A stretch of 64,000 bases of DNA. Origin: Chrysochromulina tobinii (taxonomy: Eukaryota). The translations under genes were made by a program, and so were the position numbers. The stretch lies in contig JWZX01003398.1 in NCBI GenBank assembly GCA_001275005.1, forward strand, positions 1-64,000, in the 5' to 3' direction. Below the pieces are notes generated by a model. It was not told the DNA's origin. It made no database searches and saw only the letters and a program-made list of their open reading frames with translations. Shown in pieces: positions 34,591 through 46,600 of this stretch (positions are counted from its first letter, which is position 1; each line of letters opens with the position of its first letter).

Positions 34591-37349
34591 TCAGGACAAA
34601 TTTCGTTGAGGCAGGGCGGCGGTCTTGTGGCCCTCGGAGAGCTTTGGTGGGGGCTTCTTGCCCTCAGCAGCGGCGCCTCCAAACAAGTCGAACGGTACAT
34701 CCCTCTCTTCCTCGTCTGTAGAATTCCCCATCGAATCTGAGTGACAAGCGGCCGCATGATCTTCTGGCGCGGCAACAGCCGGCGCTGCTGCTGGTCCTGC
34801 TGCTGGTCCTGCTGCTGGTCCTCCTGCTGGTCCTGCTGCTTGCCCTGCTGCTGGTCCTGCTGCTGGTCCTGCTGCTGGTCCTGTCGCCGGCACCTCCGCA
34901 GGCTCCTCCTCGCCAAGCGTTGTCCCGGGAAGCTCCCGCTCAAATGTGAGGGCCGTCGCCGCGTCGGCCCCGGGCTCGTGCTCGTAGGCGATGCCGTACT
35001 CATTGGCGCGGGTCTTATCGACCGGGTACAGGTATCGCTGGTACAAGAAGACCAAGAAGACGACGTCATCGCGAAGGCACGCGATCTTATGGTGGAGCGG
35101 CATCGAGACGAGCAGTGCAAACGCGTCGTCGATGAAGGTGTTGAAGGCCTTGTAGGCCATCACTCGCCATGGCATGTGTGCCACGCTCTTGAGCTTATAG
35201 TTGATGAAGAGCTGCGGCGTCATCGAGACGAACCCAAAGAGGTACACCGAGTCGGCCAACGATGAGATGACCCAGCTGTACCAGGTCGTGTGGGGGTAGT
35301 ACACGAGTGCATAGATGGCCCAGCCGCCCACTAGAGGCGCGAGCCCCACACCCAAAGTGCGCGTCGCAATCTCGTCAAAGCGCTCCGTCGCTCCCTCAAG
35401 CCTCACCCGCGCCGCCGCCGCTGCCCTGGTCTGCGCCGCCGCCGACCTCGTCTGCGCCGCCGCCGCCGCCGCCCCTGCCGCCCTCGTCTGCGCCACCGCC
35501 GGCGCCGCCTCATCCACCATGCTCGCCGCTGCCGTACCGGTCCCCGGCATCGCCGAGCGCGGCGCCGTGCCGGGCGGCGACGAATCGTCTTCATCGATAC
35601 GCGCCGCGGTGAGCGCCGTGTTGTGCGCCGTGTTGAGCAGCGCCGTGCCGGGCGGCGACGAATCGTCTTCATCGATACGCGCCGCGGTGAGCGCCGTGGT
35701 ACGCGCCGTGTTGAGCACCGTGTGAGGGAGGGTGGCGGCTGCTGCGCCACCCTCCGCGTCAGCCCCCGTCGCCCCCGTCGCTCGCGTCGGCTGCGTCGGC
35801 GGCCTCGTCGCTGCCTCGCGCGCTGCGGCCGACACCGCGGCGGCCTGCGCCGCGGCGTCCTGCGCCGCGGCGGCCTGCGCCGCGGCGTCCTGCGCCGCGG
35901 CGGCTACCCGTGCCCTAGACGCGCGTAAGATCTGGAGCACACGCACCACCTTCCACAGCTCGACAGCGGTCGAGAAGGTGTACGTAGCCAGCACAATCGA
36001 GTTGAGGTTGTCGGCGTCGAGTAGGTAGAGGTAGATGATGACAGTCTGGGCGGCGGACGAGATCACCGCGCGTGACGAGAGGCCGCTCATCGTCTCCTTT
36101 CCCTTCCAGAAGCCAATGTCACTCCGAAAGGCGAGCACGTCGAAGATCACGTGCAGGATGGAGATGATCTGTGAACCACCCCGCGCAAGGACGGCCAGTC
36201 AGATGCAGTGGCGCCATGGCAGACGCTCGGAAGGCACGGCGCAATCGCAGGTATTCGGAAGGCACTCGAGGGCGTGCGCGCGTCACTCTACCTGCATGCA
36301 ATGAGGGAGGTCATCAATGGCCATCGGAGGTCATCAGAGGTCATCAGCGAGGCGTGCGTATGGCACTCTACCTGCATCACCACGAATCGGTACAGGCGCT
36401 CCTCGGACAAAAGCTCGCGGATCTCGTCGAGCTCGGTGCCGAGACCGAGGCTCGCACCTGATGAGGGAGGCAATCAGAGGTCATCAGAGGTCATCAGAGG
36501 GTCATCAGCATCTCGCCCGAGGCCGAGGCTCGCACCGAGCGACTCAAAGAGTGAGCCAAGCTGCGCCATGATCCGGTGCCGACCGACCGAGATCGGCTTG
36601 AACTTGAGCTTGAGCCGCGGATGCGCCTTCTGCACGTCTGCCGACAATGGCAGCGCGTGCTTGCGCAGCAGCGAGAAGGTGTCCACGTAAAAATGGGGCG
36701 CGTACGTGCGCGCGTGCACGTCCCAGGACTGGCCTATCGGCGTGCCGTCGGGTGCCAAGAACGGCGACGCATACGCCCGTGCGTCCGTCACAAGCCGCAG
36801 CTCGCACATGCGGTACGAGTAGATGAAGTGCGGCACGCGGCCGTGGCGGTCAGCCGGCGCCAACTCGGCGGAGACCGTGCTGCTCGTGCTGGGGGCCTCC
36901 GTCACCGCCGGCTTCTCGTCGCTCGACGCGAACACGTCACCGAACACGTCACGCTCGAGCAGCATGCTGGCCTGCGAGCGCTCGCGCGCTTCGTACATCT
37001 GCACAATGTTGACCCTCGCCGCGGAGAGCACGTCGTCCGAGCCCGTGCGGGAGAGCTCAAACGTGAGCCACAGCTCGCGCATCTCACCTCGGCGCACGCT
37101 CGGTGGCACGGGAGTCGTTATTGCCGCCTCGAGCTCTTCGACCGAGCTCACGTTGGTCACGTTCCACACGGCGGCCCGAATGGCTCCTTCGCCCATGTGC
37201 GCTGTGATATCAACACGAGCTCCCCACGGCAATCTTGGGTGGTAGCAGCCATGCCGGAGCTTGCAGGCCGGAGGATAGAAGAGCACATAGAATTCCTTCG
37301 CGGACATTGCGATCCAGAGCACCATGACTGCTCCCACGTAGGTCCACAT
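34591..37349 (-). CDS. CLPTM1: CLPTM1-family multi-pass membrane protein; introns 36458..36535 and 36169..36371
   Basis: ILHVIFDVLAFRSDIGFWK, GLSSR, MTPQLFINYKLKSVAHMPW, YKAFNTFIDD, HKIACLRDDVVF and YQRYLYPVDKTRANEYG. Confidence 0.92.
36169..36371 (-). other. 203-nt compound intron: 80-nt unit (36292..36371) abutting a 123-nt unit (36169..36291) with no exon between
   Basis: ATGCAG|GTAGAGTG occurs at both the outer donor and the internal junction; only removal of both units gives VVMQ|IISILHV. Confidence 0.85.
36458..36535 (-). other. 78-nt intron: exon duplication + TGATGACCTC repeats + CTGATTGCCTCCCTCATCAG
   Basis: GGTGCGAGCCTCGG(C/T)CTCGG at both junctions; removal restores ESLGASLGLGTELDEIR. 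Confidence 0.9.
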
Positions 37350-37599
37350 GATTTGTTCTGTGAGGACGGGCGCCGCACTTGGCACCGCGACGCCGCGCGC
37401 GAGAGCGAGCGCGCGCTTGACAATCCTCAGGTCAAGTCAAGGCAAGTCCACAGTCACAAAGTGCTCCTTTTCTGGGATACACGTCTGAGTGGGGGGGGGC
37501 GTTGCGTTGTACATGCTTGCGTGCGTGGGGTATTCTCAGTGCATGGAGCTGTGAACGCGCGGAAAGTTTGAATTTTGCGAAACGACTTCGGCAAAAGGA

Positions 37600-38238
37600 A
37601 TGCCGCCAGCGGCCGCAGACCATCCTCCGTCCAGTCCGGCACCGTCGAACCGAAGCAACAAGTCGGATGCTTCGCCTTCGTCGCGCGGCTCGGGCAAAAA
37701 GAAAGGGCATAGCGCAAGGAAGAAAAAGAGCGAGAAAGAGCGCAAGGAAGAAAAAGAGGCTATCTCCGCCGATGCCGGAGGAGCTCCTGCTCTGAAAGGT
37801 GATGACGGAATCAGCGAGGAGGCTGCCAAGCTCCTAGCAGAATCCATGTCGTCATTCCGCGTGACTCCACGCAATGAGGAAGCCTTCGCGGAGTCAAAAT
37901 CCAAAATCATGGGTCCGCCTCTGCCGGACACCATCAGGGCCCCGGCCATCGTGCTACAGCACTCAATGAAAGCGATTCGTACCGGTCCACCAGAGCTTAA
38001 CAAGTACGACTACCTCAGACCCGAGGAGATGGCGGCTGTCTGGGTCAATGGATCAGACGACATTCTCCGAACACCGCTCACTGACCGTAAGGGTGGGCAC
38101 GACATCACAATCGAGAACTGGGAGCAGCGTAGCAAGGCCGTCGCCAAGCTGATGATCGAGAACGAGAAGGCAGAGGAGGAGGCCAAGGAGCGCGTCGCGT
38201 CGTTCCGGGCGGCGCTCACGAAGCGGGTAGGCGGATAG
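37600..38238 (+). CDS. Hypothetical protein, 212 aa
   Basis: ATG-initiated ORF with coding-like composition, basic N-terminus and helical C-terminus; no family recognised. Confidence 0.65.
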   Translation: MPPAAADHPPSSPAPSNRSNKSDASPSSRGSGKKKGHSARKKKSEKERKEEKEAISADAGGAPALKGDDGISEEAAKLLAESMSSFRVTPRNEEAFAESKSKIMGPPLPDTIRAPAIVLQHSMKAIRTGPPELNKYDYLRPEEMAAVWVNGSDDILRTPLTDRKGGHDITIENWEQRSKAVAKLMIENEKAEEEAKERVASFRAALTKRVGG

Positions 38239-38734
38239 GCGGAATGATTAACGAAATGATTAGAGAGAGCGCATATCCTGCCATGGGTTGCATGGCCCTT
38301 GTATCATGTAAGCTTACCCGGACACGGCTCGACACGGGCGCAAATCGCGCAACGCGCTCGTGCCTCCCCATCTATCACCTATCACCTATCAGCTGTAGTC
38401 TGTCTGCCCAGTGTGCCACATGTAATCTTTCGAGTACTTTTGGCCCAGAAGGATCAATTGGGTCATGTAAAGTCGAAAACACTTCTGAAAATATTATGGA
38501 ATTAATTGATGATTTTAGTATTCATAACCCTTTTGTCAAGAAGAAGTGAAATGGCGCAAAAATTGTCGTCCGCGGCGTGACCGGTCCGCGTCCCCACACC
38601 GGGAGGCGCGGCACCGACCGCCGGCCCCGCCCGTCAGTATCTTCGGTTACGTGTTAGGCTTCGTCGCTGCGCGGGCTGTGCGCGCAGGTGGCACTGGCCC
38701 ACTGGCAGAACGCCGCAGGTGTGTCTGTGCTCGC

Positions 38735-40425
38735 TCAACGTAGAACAGTGCCAACGCGGCGGTTGGCACTCGACAGGTTGACGAGCGGCTTCCACTCTCG
38801 CGGCAACTGCTGCACGTTCGCTGTCGCAGCCCGCAAGATATTGTCGTCCTGCACGTCGCTCCAATTGCCCATGCCATCAACGGGCCTTCGCGCGACGAGA
38901 ACGCACGAGATGGACAGCCACTGCTTATCCGAGTGGTCGTCCTGCTTCGCACTGAAGTTCGAAATTAGAGCATGGCGGAGGTGCTCATGGTGTATGTCGC
39001 CTACGCCCAAGCCCAGCAGATAGGCGGATGCCATATGCGAATCCCCCACCTTTTTCACATCGGTGATCTCGAACCCGGCCTGTGTTAAGATTTCCTGCGC
39101 CCCCATGCACGTGTACCGGAAGTAGTCGCCCGCCTCGTACGAAAAGTGGAAGCGCTCGAGGAACGGGGCCGACCAGAAGACGAAACCACCCGGACGTACC
39201 TGATGAGGGAGGCAATCAGCATGCACTCAGGAACGGGGCCGGCCAGCAGACGAAACCACCCGGCCGTACCAGCTGGAAGAGGCCACGCGCGGCTGCGAAC
39301 GGGTCCTTCACATGCTCAAAGACCTGTCGACAAGTGGTTGTACATCGCACGCGGTGGGTCGGAAGGGCGGGTGCAGAGGTTGGACGCGGAGTAGGGTGAA
39401 GGACGGAGCCCAAGCAGCACAGCCACGCAGAGGGGATGAGCTCAGCGAAGGTGCTCAGTCTGCACACCTGATTGCACACGACCAAGTCGAAGGATGAAAG
39501 GAAGGGCCCCAAGTCTCGAAATCTCGCCCCAAATCTCGCCCCCAAGTCTCGAGGATGCTCCGAGATGGCCACCAGACTGCACGCAAGTCCGAACACGCAC
39601 GTGAGCAGGGCTGCACAGCTGCACGGCGGCCAGCCCCCCAACGCAGCATACGGCGGCCAACGCAGCGCCACCCCAGGCCGTCCGGCAGCAATGCTCGAGC
39701 GCTGCAAAGGCGGCATGTGCTTCACTCTCGTGAGTGGCGAGCGGAGCGCACTCCGATCCCAAGATGCGCTTTGCCTCGTTGACCCGAACGATGGACTTTT
39801 TAGCGTTCTTCGTCCCGTGGTACGAGAACGTCCAGATCTTGGCTGGGTCGCACGCGGGTACGAGCTTTGCGTGCTTCTCGTCCCAGCTCAAGCACCTCGC
39901 GCCACTCGGCACGATCCTGGCCATGTCCTCAAAGTAGCGGGTGAAGCCCCAACGCCCAATGATGCTCTCGTCGAGCTCCCACGACCCTCGGCGATGGCCC
40001 CATGGCGATATTGGCAGCAGGCCACCAACCCACATGAAGTTGTGCATGGCAATAAACGCAGCTTGCAGCTGCTCGGACCCGATGAACACGGGATGGTTTC
40101 TTATGGTCACGTTCTTTGGCGGCACCCAGGCTCGACCTCTATCATAGTACGGTGCATCAAAAGGAACCGCCTTGTGTGCATCAAGCCATGCCTCCACGTT
40201 CCGATACATTGTCGGCCGCAGATTCAGACAACGTTTCAGGATGGCAATTGCGCGGCGGCCTTGCAGGACTTCAAGCGACTCTGATGTGGATGGCAGCTTT
40301 TGGTCGAGACGACGATGCCCATCCTCAGGCGAGAATAGCATGACGTGCTGACCAAGCAGAAAGCCGACGCAGCCAGATACCACGGCCCACAGCACGTGGG
40401 CCGACACAGGTACCACGATCGCCAT
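38735..40425 (-). CDS. Membrane-anchored class I SAM-methyltransferase-like protein; introns 39200..39269, 39324..39467 and one unresolved near 39510-39750
   Basis: N-terminal TM helix; spliced FDLVVCNQ|VFEHVKDPFAAARGLFQL|VRPGGFVFWSAPF...DYFRYT resembles Methyltransf_11/23-type motifs. Confidence 0.7.
39200..39269 (-). other. 70-nt intron: 41-nt copy of the downstream exon + 29-nt cassette GAGTGCATGCTGATTGCCTCCCTCATCAG
   Basis: 39229-39269 repeats 39159-39199 with 3 mismatches; GT...AG ends; removal restores the frame. Confidence 0.9.
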
Positions 40426-40576
40426 GTTCTCGGGTTACACCGCCCAGGCTGTGCCGTGAACCATCATGGTGTTCAGGCTGTTAATACTCGGACGCCTACT
40501 CCGAATCTATGGTAAGGCACGGGATTTGTCGTCAGTCGTCAGCGCCACTAATTTGTCTCTACTGCATGCAAATGTC

Positions 40577-40691
40577 TTTCCTTATCGGGACGGCAACCTG
40601 AAAACGACCCAAATAAGGCCCTCATTTTTCAGGCGGAGCGCCTCACTCGCTGCCAGCCTGATCGTGCCGATTCCTTCTGGGCTCGGAAGCA
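40577..40691 (+). promoter_or_regulatory. Upstream block conserved between the two giant glyco-enzyme paralogs (other copy 59956..60076)
   Basis: TTTCCTT(A/T)TCGGGA, AAACGACCCAAATAAGG, TTTTCAGG, TCGTGCCGA and TCCTTCTGG in the same order before both ATGs. Confidence 0.55.
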
Positions 40692-43600
40692 ATGGCCAAT
40701 GCAACGCTGTCCTCGACCGCCGTCACGACCACCGCGTCGTATCGACCGTATCGAGCGCGAGCGCGCCAGACTGCCCGTGGGCGAGCTAATGTGTCCGCTT
40801 TGGCCTGCGTCATGGCGTGCATGGTCTCCTCGGCAGCAGGATACTCCGTGACGCCCACGACGGACTCCGTGATCTTCGACACCACGATAGACCTCCGCAA
40901 AAAGGCCTCGCAGGATGAGTACGGACACGATGACAAGGACGTGCCATGCGCCATGTGGGCCAAACAAGGAGAGTGCAAACGCATTCCGGTCTACATGCAC
41001 TCAAATTGCCCTGTGTCGTGCGGCGTATCCGCTCCTGCTCCCAGCTCGAGCCTGAGCTCGACCAGACCGACGTCAGGTGAGTCGAAAGACGGGTGCAGCT
41101 CGTGGTGCGCGGAACACACAGGGGCATTGGAGGTCAAGTGCAGCTTTATCCCGTGCAGCAAGTGTGCAGAGTGCGAGTCGCACAATGACGCTTCATTCAA
41201 TGAGCCTCGGGTCGGTGCTTGGCCAACCTCGGGGCATAAGACAGTCTCTAAAACACCGGCAGCCACGGCCCATGCACCGAGTTCAACCAAGACGGTCTTG
41301 GCCAAACCAACGTCGAAGGACAAGACGGACCTCAAAGCACCTACCACGATAGCCCCCGCACCGACACCAGCACTGGCAACGGTGGTGAAAGCACCCACGC
41401 CGGAAACGGCAACGGTCGTGAAAGCACCCACGCTGGCACCGGCGAAGATGGTCACCAAGCCAACCGTGGGGAACGCGTCAGACTTGCACGCGCCGACCGC
41501 GGTCCAGACGCCGAGCTCCAAGCCAACCGTGGGGAACGCGTCAGACTTGCACGCACCGACCACGGTCCATGCGCCGACCTTGGCCAAGCCAACCGTGGGG
41601 AACGCGTCGGACTTGCACGCGCCGACCTCGGTCTATGCGCCGTCCTTGGCCAAGCCAACCGTGGGGAACGCGTCAGGCTTGCACGCACCTTCAACCACGG
41701 TCTATGCGCCGTCCTTGGCCAAGCCAACCGTGGGGAACGCGTCGGACTTGCACTCACCAACCGCCGTCCATGCGCCGAGCTCCACCAAGCCAGCCTCAGG
41801 CGACAAGGCAGAGCCTTCTGATCTCAACTTGCCGACCTCGGTCGATGCGCCGAGCACTATCACTCCGAAGACAGAGGGATGCACCGACGCGAAGGACATG
41901 CCTTGCGCCGCGTGGGCCCAAAAGGGAGAGTGCCAACGCATTCCAGTCTTCATGCTCTCCATGTGCGCATCGTCTTGCGGCTGCCTCACGCCCGCTGCCG
42001 CTAGGCAGCTACTCATGAATATGGATCTCCTACGGCGTGATCCCGAGACACCGACCACGGTCCAGACGCCGAGCTCCAAGCCAACCGTGGGGAACGCGTC
42101 AGACTTGCACGCTCCGACCACGGTCCATGCGCCGACCTTGGCCAAGCCAACCGTGGGGAACGCGTCAGGCTTGCACGCTCCGACCACGGTCCATGCGCCG
42201 ACCTTGGCCAAGCCAACCGTAGGGAACGAGTCAGGCTTGCACGCACCGACCGCGGTCTACGCGCCGACCTTGGCCATGCCGACCGCGGGACACAAGACAG
42301 ACCTCAACTCTCCGACCAACAAGCAGCGGACGACCGTCGTCATCATGTCCGATCGTTTCGAAGCTGTCGTGGTTGCAATCGGCTCTCTCTTCATGAACAG
42401 CCCAGAGAGCGACATTGACGTCTGGCTCATCGGCGATATGCAGCGAGAAGCAAAAGGCAACGTGTCTCTGCTCCAGCGGCTCAACGCTGCGCTCCAGCCG
42501 CAAGCGCCGGAGCAGACGATCAGCGTGATGGGCATCGACGAGGCAACAGCACTGCTCGAGGAGGATGGCGTGACTCCGGTTTGGAAGTGGCCACAGTTTG
42601 GCTCGCTGGGCGCTGACCAGGATCAGGACCATAAGCCAGAGACCGTGCTGCGTCCAGAGCCGTGGGACTATGACAACATGCACCACGACCCGTTCAACTT
42701 GATTCGCTTCTACTTGCCGTACCTCGGGCCGTTCAGAGAGCTCGATTCCCTCTTCTTATGTGACGATGACATCGTCGTTCAGAAGTCCATTTCCACGCTC
42801 GAGGTACCGATGGGCGATGGCCCCATCATCGCCGCGACATGCAACGGATGGCTGTGGGCCGAGGACTGCATGCGCAACGAGCCGTATTACAATGGAAAGG
42901 GCTGGCTCGACTACCCGGCCACGTATCTGGGCAAGGACAAGGCACACGGATATAGTGGGTGCACGAAGAAGGCATCGGAGAGCGGAAACCGCATTTGCCA
43001 GAAGGACGAGTTTGCGGAGACGGTAATGCGCTGGAGCAAGAAGTTCAACGGCAAAGAGCTCATCCCCGCCGACCAGCCGCGCTGGAACTTTGGTTTGTCG
43101 CGCGTCAACTTGACCGAGTGGAGAAAACAGAACATGACGCACGTCTTCGATAGCTACATGCGCGCCAACTATGAAGCCAAGCTTATCCCCGAGACGTCCC
43201 TCGCTTTTGGCCTCGGGATCCCGTTCTTCGCATTTGCGGACAAGATTAAGTGCTGGAACGACGTTGTGGGCGACCCGGCCTTCGTGGACGGCCTCGGGTA
43301 CATCTCGAAGGCCGACTTGAGCTTGAACAACCTGAACGCGTCGGAAGTGCTTGGACAGGCAAACGTGCTTCACTGGTCTGGCCGCAACAAGCCGTTTGAC
43401 CCACAGTCTGAGATGGAGCTTGAGCTCTACAAGCCGTTCGATGACGTACAGGAATACTATGTGGGCAGGTCGCAGAAGTTGTACGCCAAGGGAAGTGAGC
43501 TGAAGACGCAGCAGATTGTAGCGCCGGAGAGTGGCCTCCACGCCATCGTCAGGCAGACGCCCGATGCGTCGAAGCAGAGCACCCGCTCGCTCTTGTATGC

Positions 43601-46600
43601 AGACCCTTATTCGGGGGCCGAATGGTTCTTGGAGCTGCTCGATGAGACGCCTGACGTCTGTGCATCGGGCTCGACCGGCAATCCGACGGTTGCCTTCGCA
43701 GGAGAGAGCTTCATCCCGCCCCACTTTGAGGCCGTCCAGAACGCCATCCCAGTCTGCGCTCAGAAGCGCGCCTGCCTCTGGAGCTTCATTGCACAAAACG
43801 TGCCCCGGTACGTGGAACAGCGTCACAGCTGGTGCCCGCATACCAGAAGAGGTGGAGGGGAGGTTGGTACCTTGGATTTGTTTGACACTACACTGGATTT
43901 GTTCGAGATCCATGACATGCACGGTCAGATGCTTTGCTCTTGGGCCGATCGCTTGCAGACGATGTACCCCAATCGCACCAGCTACTCTGATCTGGGCGGG
44001 ATCCAGACGCTCTGGAACCTCTACGAGCACAATGTCTTCTCGATGGCGACGGATCTCGTCCCGTGCACCCAGGCGTGCGGGTTCAAACCCGTCCGCATGC
44101 TCAAGTTCTTGCGCGCTTGGGCCCAGCCGATGATGAACGGAAGCGAGCCCGCTTATTCGTGGCGCGACAACGGCGATGCGCCCAAAATATTTGTGGGCGA
44201 CTTTGCGGGCGAGCACTGTCACGGCGAGGCCCTGCCGGGAGGAGGCTGCGACGGCAGCGAGTCCTACTTGCCAACGATCAACTGGGACGCATACAAGATT
44301 GTCGAGCTCATCCGCTGGAACCTTCTCGATCGTTGCCTCGCACAGACCGAATTCGCCATCGGGATCAACGAAGACCCGACTTTCACCACTCAGTCTTCCA
44401 ACGTCGAGACGGGCGACGTCGACTTGGACGACTTGCTGCGCTGCATGAGATACTCGAGCGCACAGCGTGACGCGGACCTTCTGCGACTCAATGTCTTTTC
44501 TGGCGAGCGCCTCGCCGATTGGATGACGCTCCCCTATGAGATGTGTTCCATGCCGAGCCACATCCAGGGATGCGTCGACGCCGCGGCAGCCCACGTCAAC
44601 GAGCAAGCCTTCAGGATTGTCGAGAGACCCCACAGTGTGGCAACCGCGACTGAGCAGGCCCACATGACTTCAACCTCTGCTCTTGTCGAAGATTTGAAGC
44701 GCCGACGCTGGCGACGATCGAAGGGAAACCAGCTGGAAACTCGCCGGCGCGTGAGCGTGCAAGGTGACGGGGGCGAGACACAGCCCGACTCGGTACGTTC
44801 CATGCCGACGATCGACGCTGATTGGTTGTCAAAATACCAAGAAGATAGTCTCCACTCAGCCAGAGTTCCGGAGCGCATCTTCGCGCAAGAGCACGCGGAG
44901 CGAACTGACGGTGACCATTTCGTCACAGCACTGCAGAGATACATAAGAGCGCCGCCGCCGCCGCCTATCAAACGAGTTGCGTCTTCGAGGCAATGTTGCT
45001 TGGAGGGTCTATCCACTTTTCAGAAATGTCTTCTGAAGGGCATTCCTGTTTGCTGCAAACCTTGGGATCAAGCGTGCCTCAGGATGCAAGCCGGCGGCGG
45101 TATCGATCCAGTTACTGGCAAGTATGTCCCTGGCCCGAACTTTGACCCCAAATATGACCCTACGAAAGTCGGCCCTCCACCTGCAGGCTGGAGAGCCCCC
45201 CCGGCAGGCAAAACCTATTCTTATGACGACGACGACGAGAATGGTGGTGGAAGAAAGAAATGTAAGAAAGGTCAGCCCTGTAAGGCCGGAGAAGACGGCG
45301 ACACCTATTCTTACGGCGATGAAGCAGGTGGCGGCGGTGGAAAGAAAAAGTGCAGAGACAAGAAAGGAAAAATCATTCCCTGTCCCGCCGCCGGAGAAGG
45401 AGAAGAAGGCGACACCTATTCTTACGGCGATGAAGCAGGTGGTGGCGGAAAGAAAAAGTGCAGAGACAAGAAAGGAAAAATCATTCCCTGTCCCGCCGCC
45501 GGAGAAGGAGAAGAAGGCGACACCTATTCCTACGACGAGAACGGTGGCGGAAAGAAAAAGTGCAAAGACAAGAAAGGAAAAATCATTCCTTGTCCCGCCG
45601 CCGGCGCCGGAGAAGAAGGCGACACCTATACCTACGACGAGAATGGAAACCGGAAAAAGTGCATACCCAAACCAGGCAAGCCCTGTCCCGTTGGAGAAGG
45701 CGGAGCGGGCGAAGAAGGCGACGTGAATGGAGGACGGAAAAAGCCTGTCGCTGGCGGCGGTGAAGGCGAAGAAGGTGATGAAGACGAGAATGGTGCGAGG
45801 CGACGATCGCCTCCGCCATCAGGATCGCCAGGATCAGAGGGATCTCCGGATGATGGTTCACGCGCTCCCCGCGCTCCGAGCGGGGCTGGATACGGTTTCC
45901 ACGGATTCACTCGCCGTACCATTCGCCGCGGCACCGTGCTCGAGCTGGCCGCTGCCGATGTAGAACATGGTCGCACGTCGCGCTCCTCTCGATGGCTGGG
46001 TGTTGCTAACGCCGAACAGCTTTCCGCCGGTCTGATCCACGCTGGGTTCGCTACCTTTATCCAGCCGATCTACTGCTTCGCGTGGGAGGCGCATGCCGAC
46101 GGCAACGAGATTGCCAAGTACCTCGCAAAGCTTCCTGAGCAGTACATTGTTCCCGGCTCGAGCGCGTCGACGGCATTCAACGCACGTGTCTTCAAAGACG
46201 AGTTCGACGAAGAAGTCGACGCTCGGACCCACGCGCTCATCGCGTTTGGTCAGGTCGATGACGCCACGTGGGTGCACAAAGTGCGCGCTGCTACGAGCCG
46301 ACCTGTGGTGCTCCTGGGCCTCATGCGCGACGTCCTCGCTCATCGCGTCCAGCTCTTCTACAGCGACGATGCACGTCGCCACATGGCCGAAAGGTCGTCG
46401 TCGACGTTCGTGAAAGCGATGCTGCATTCGTGGATGCAGAGCGGCGAGTACCCACGCGATGCTCAGCTTGAGTACATGTACGGCTTGAATGCCACTCTTC
46501 GCGAGCTCCCCATCGACGACGTCTGGAAAGCTCGCAACGCATCCGCTGTTGCGTCCGGTGTAGATGTTGATAACATCGCCCCCGCTGCCTCAGTGTATGT

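Noticed and set aside
34371..34740. Separate small acidic protein overlapping the CLPTM1 3' end in another frame
   Set aside because: Partly protein-like, but no start, splice model or family can be supported.
38244..38549. AT-rich island as a transposon relic or small gene
   Set aside because: No TIR, TSD or recognisable coding motif; compatible with a convergent 3' intergenic region.
42756..44663. 635-aa minus-strand ORF
   Set aside because: Antisense shadow of the GT8/sulfotransferase region.
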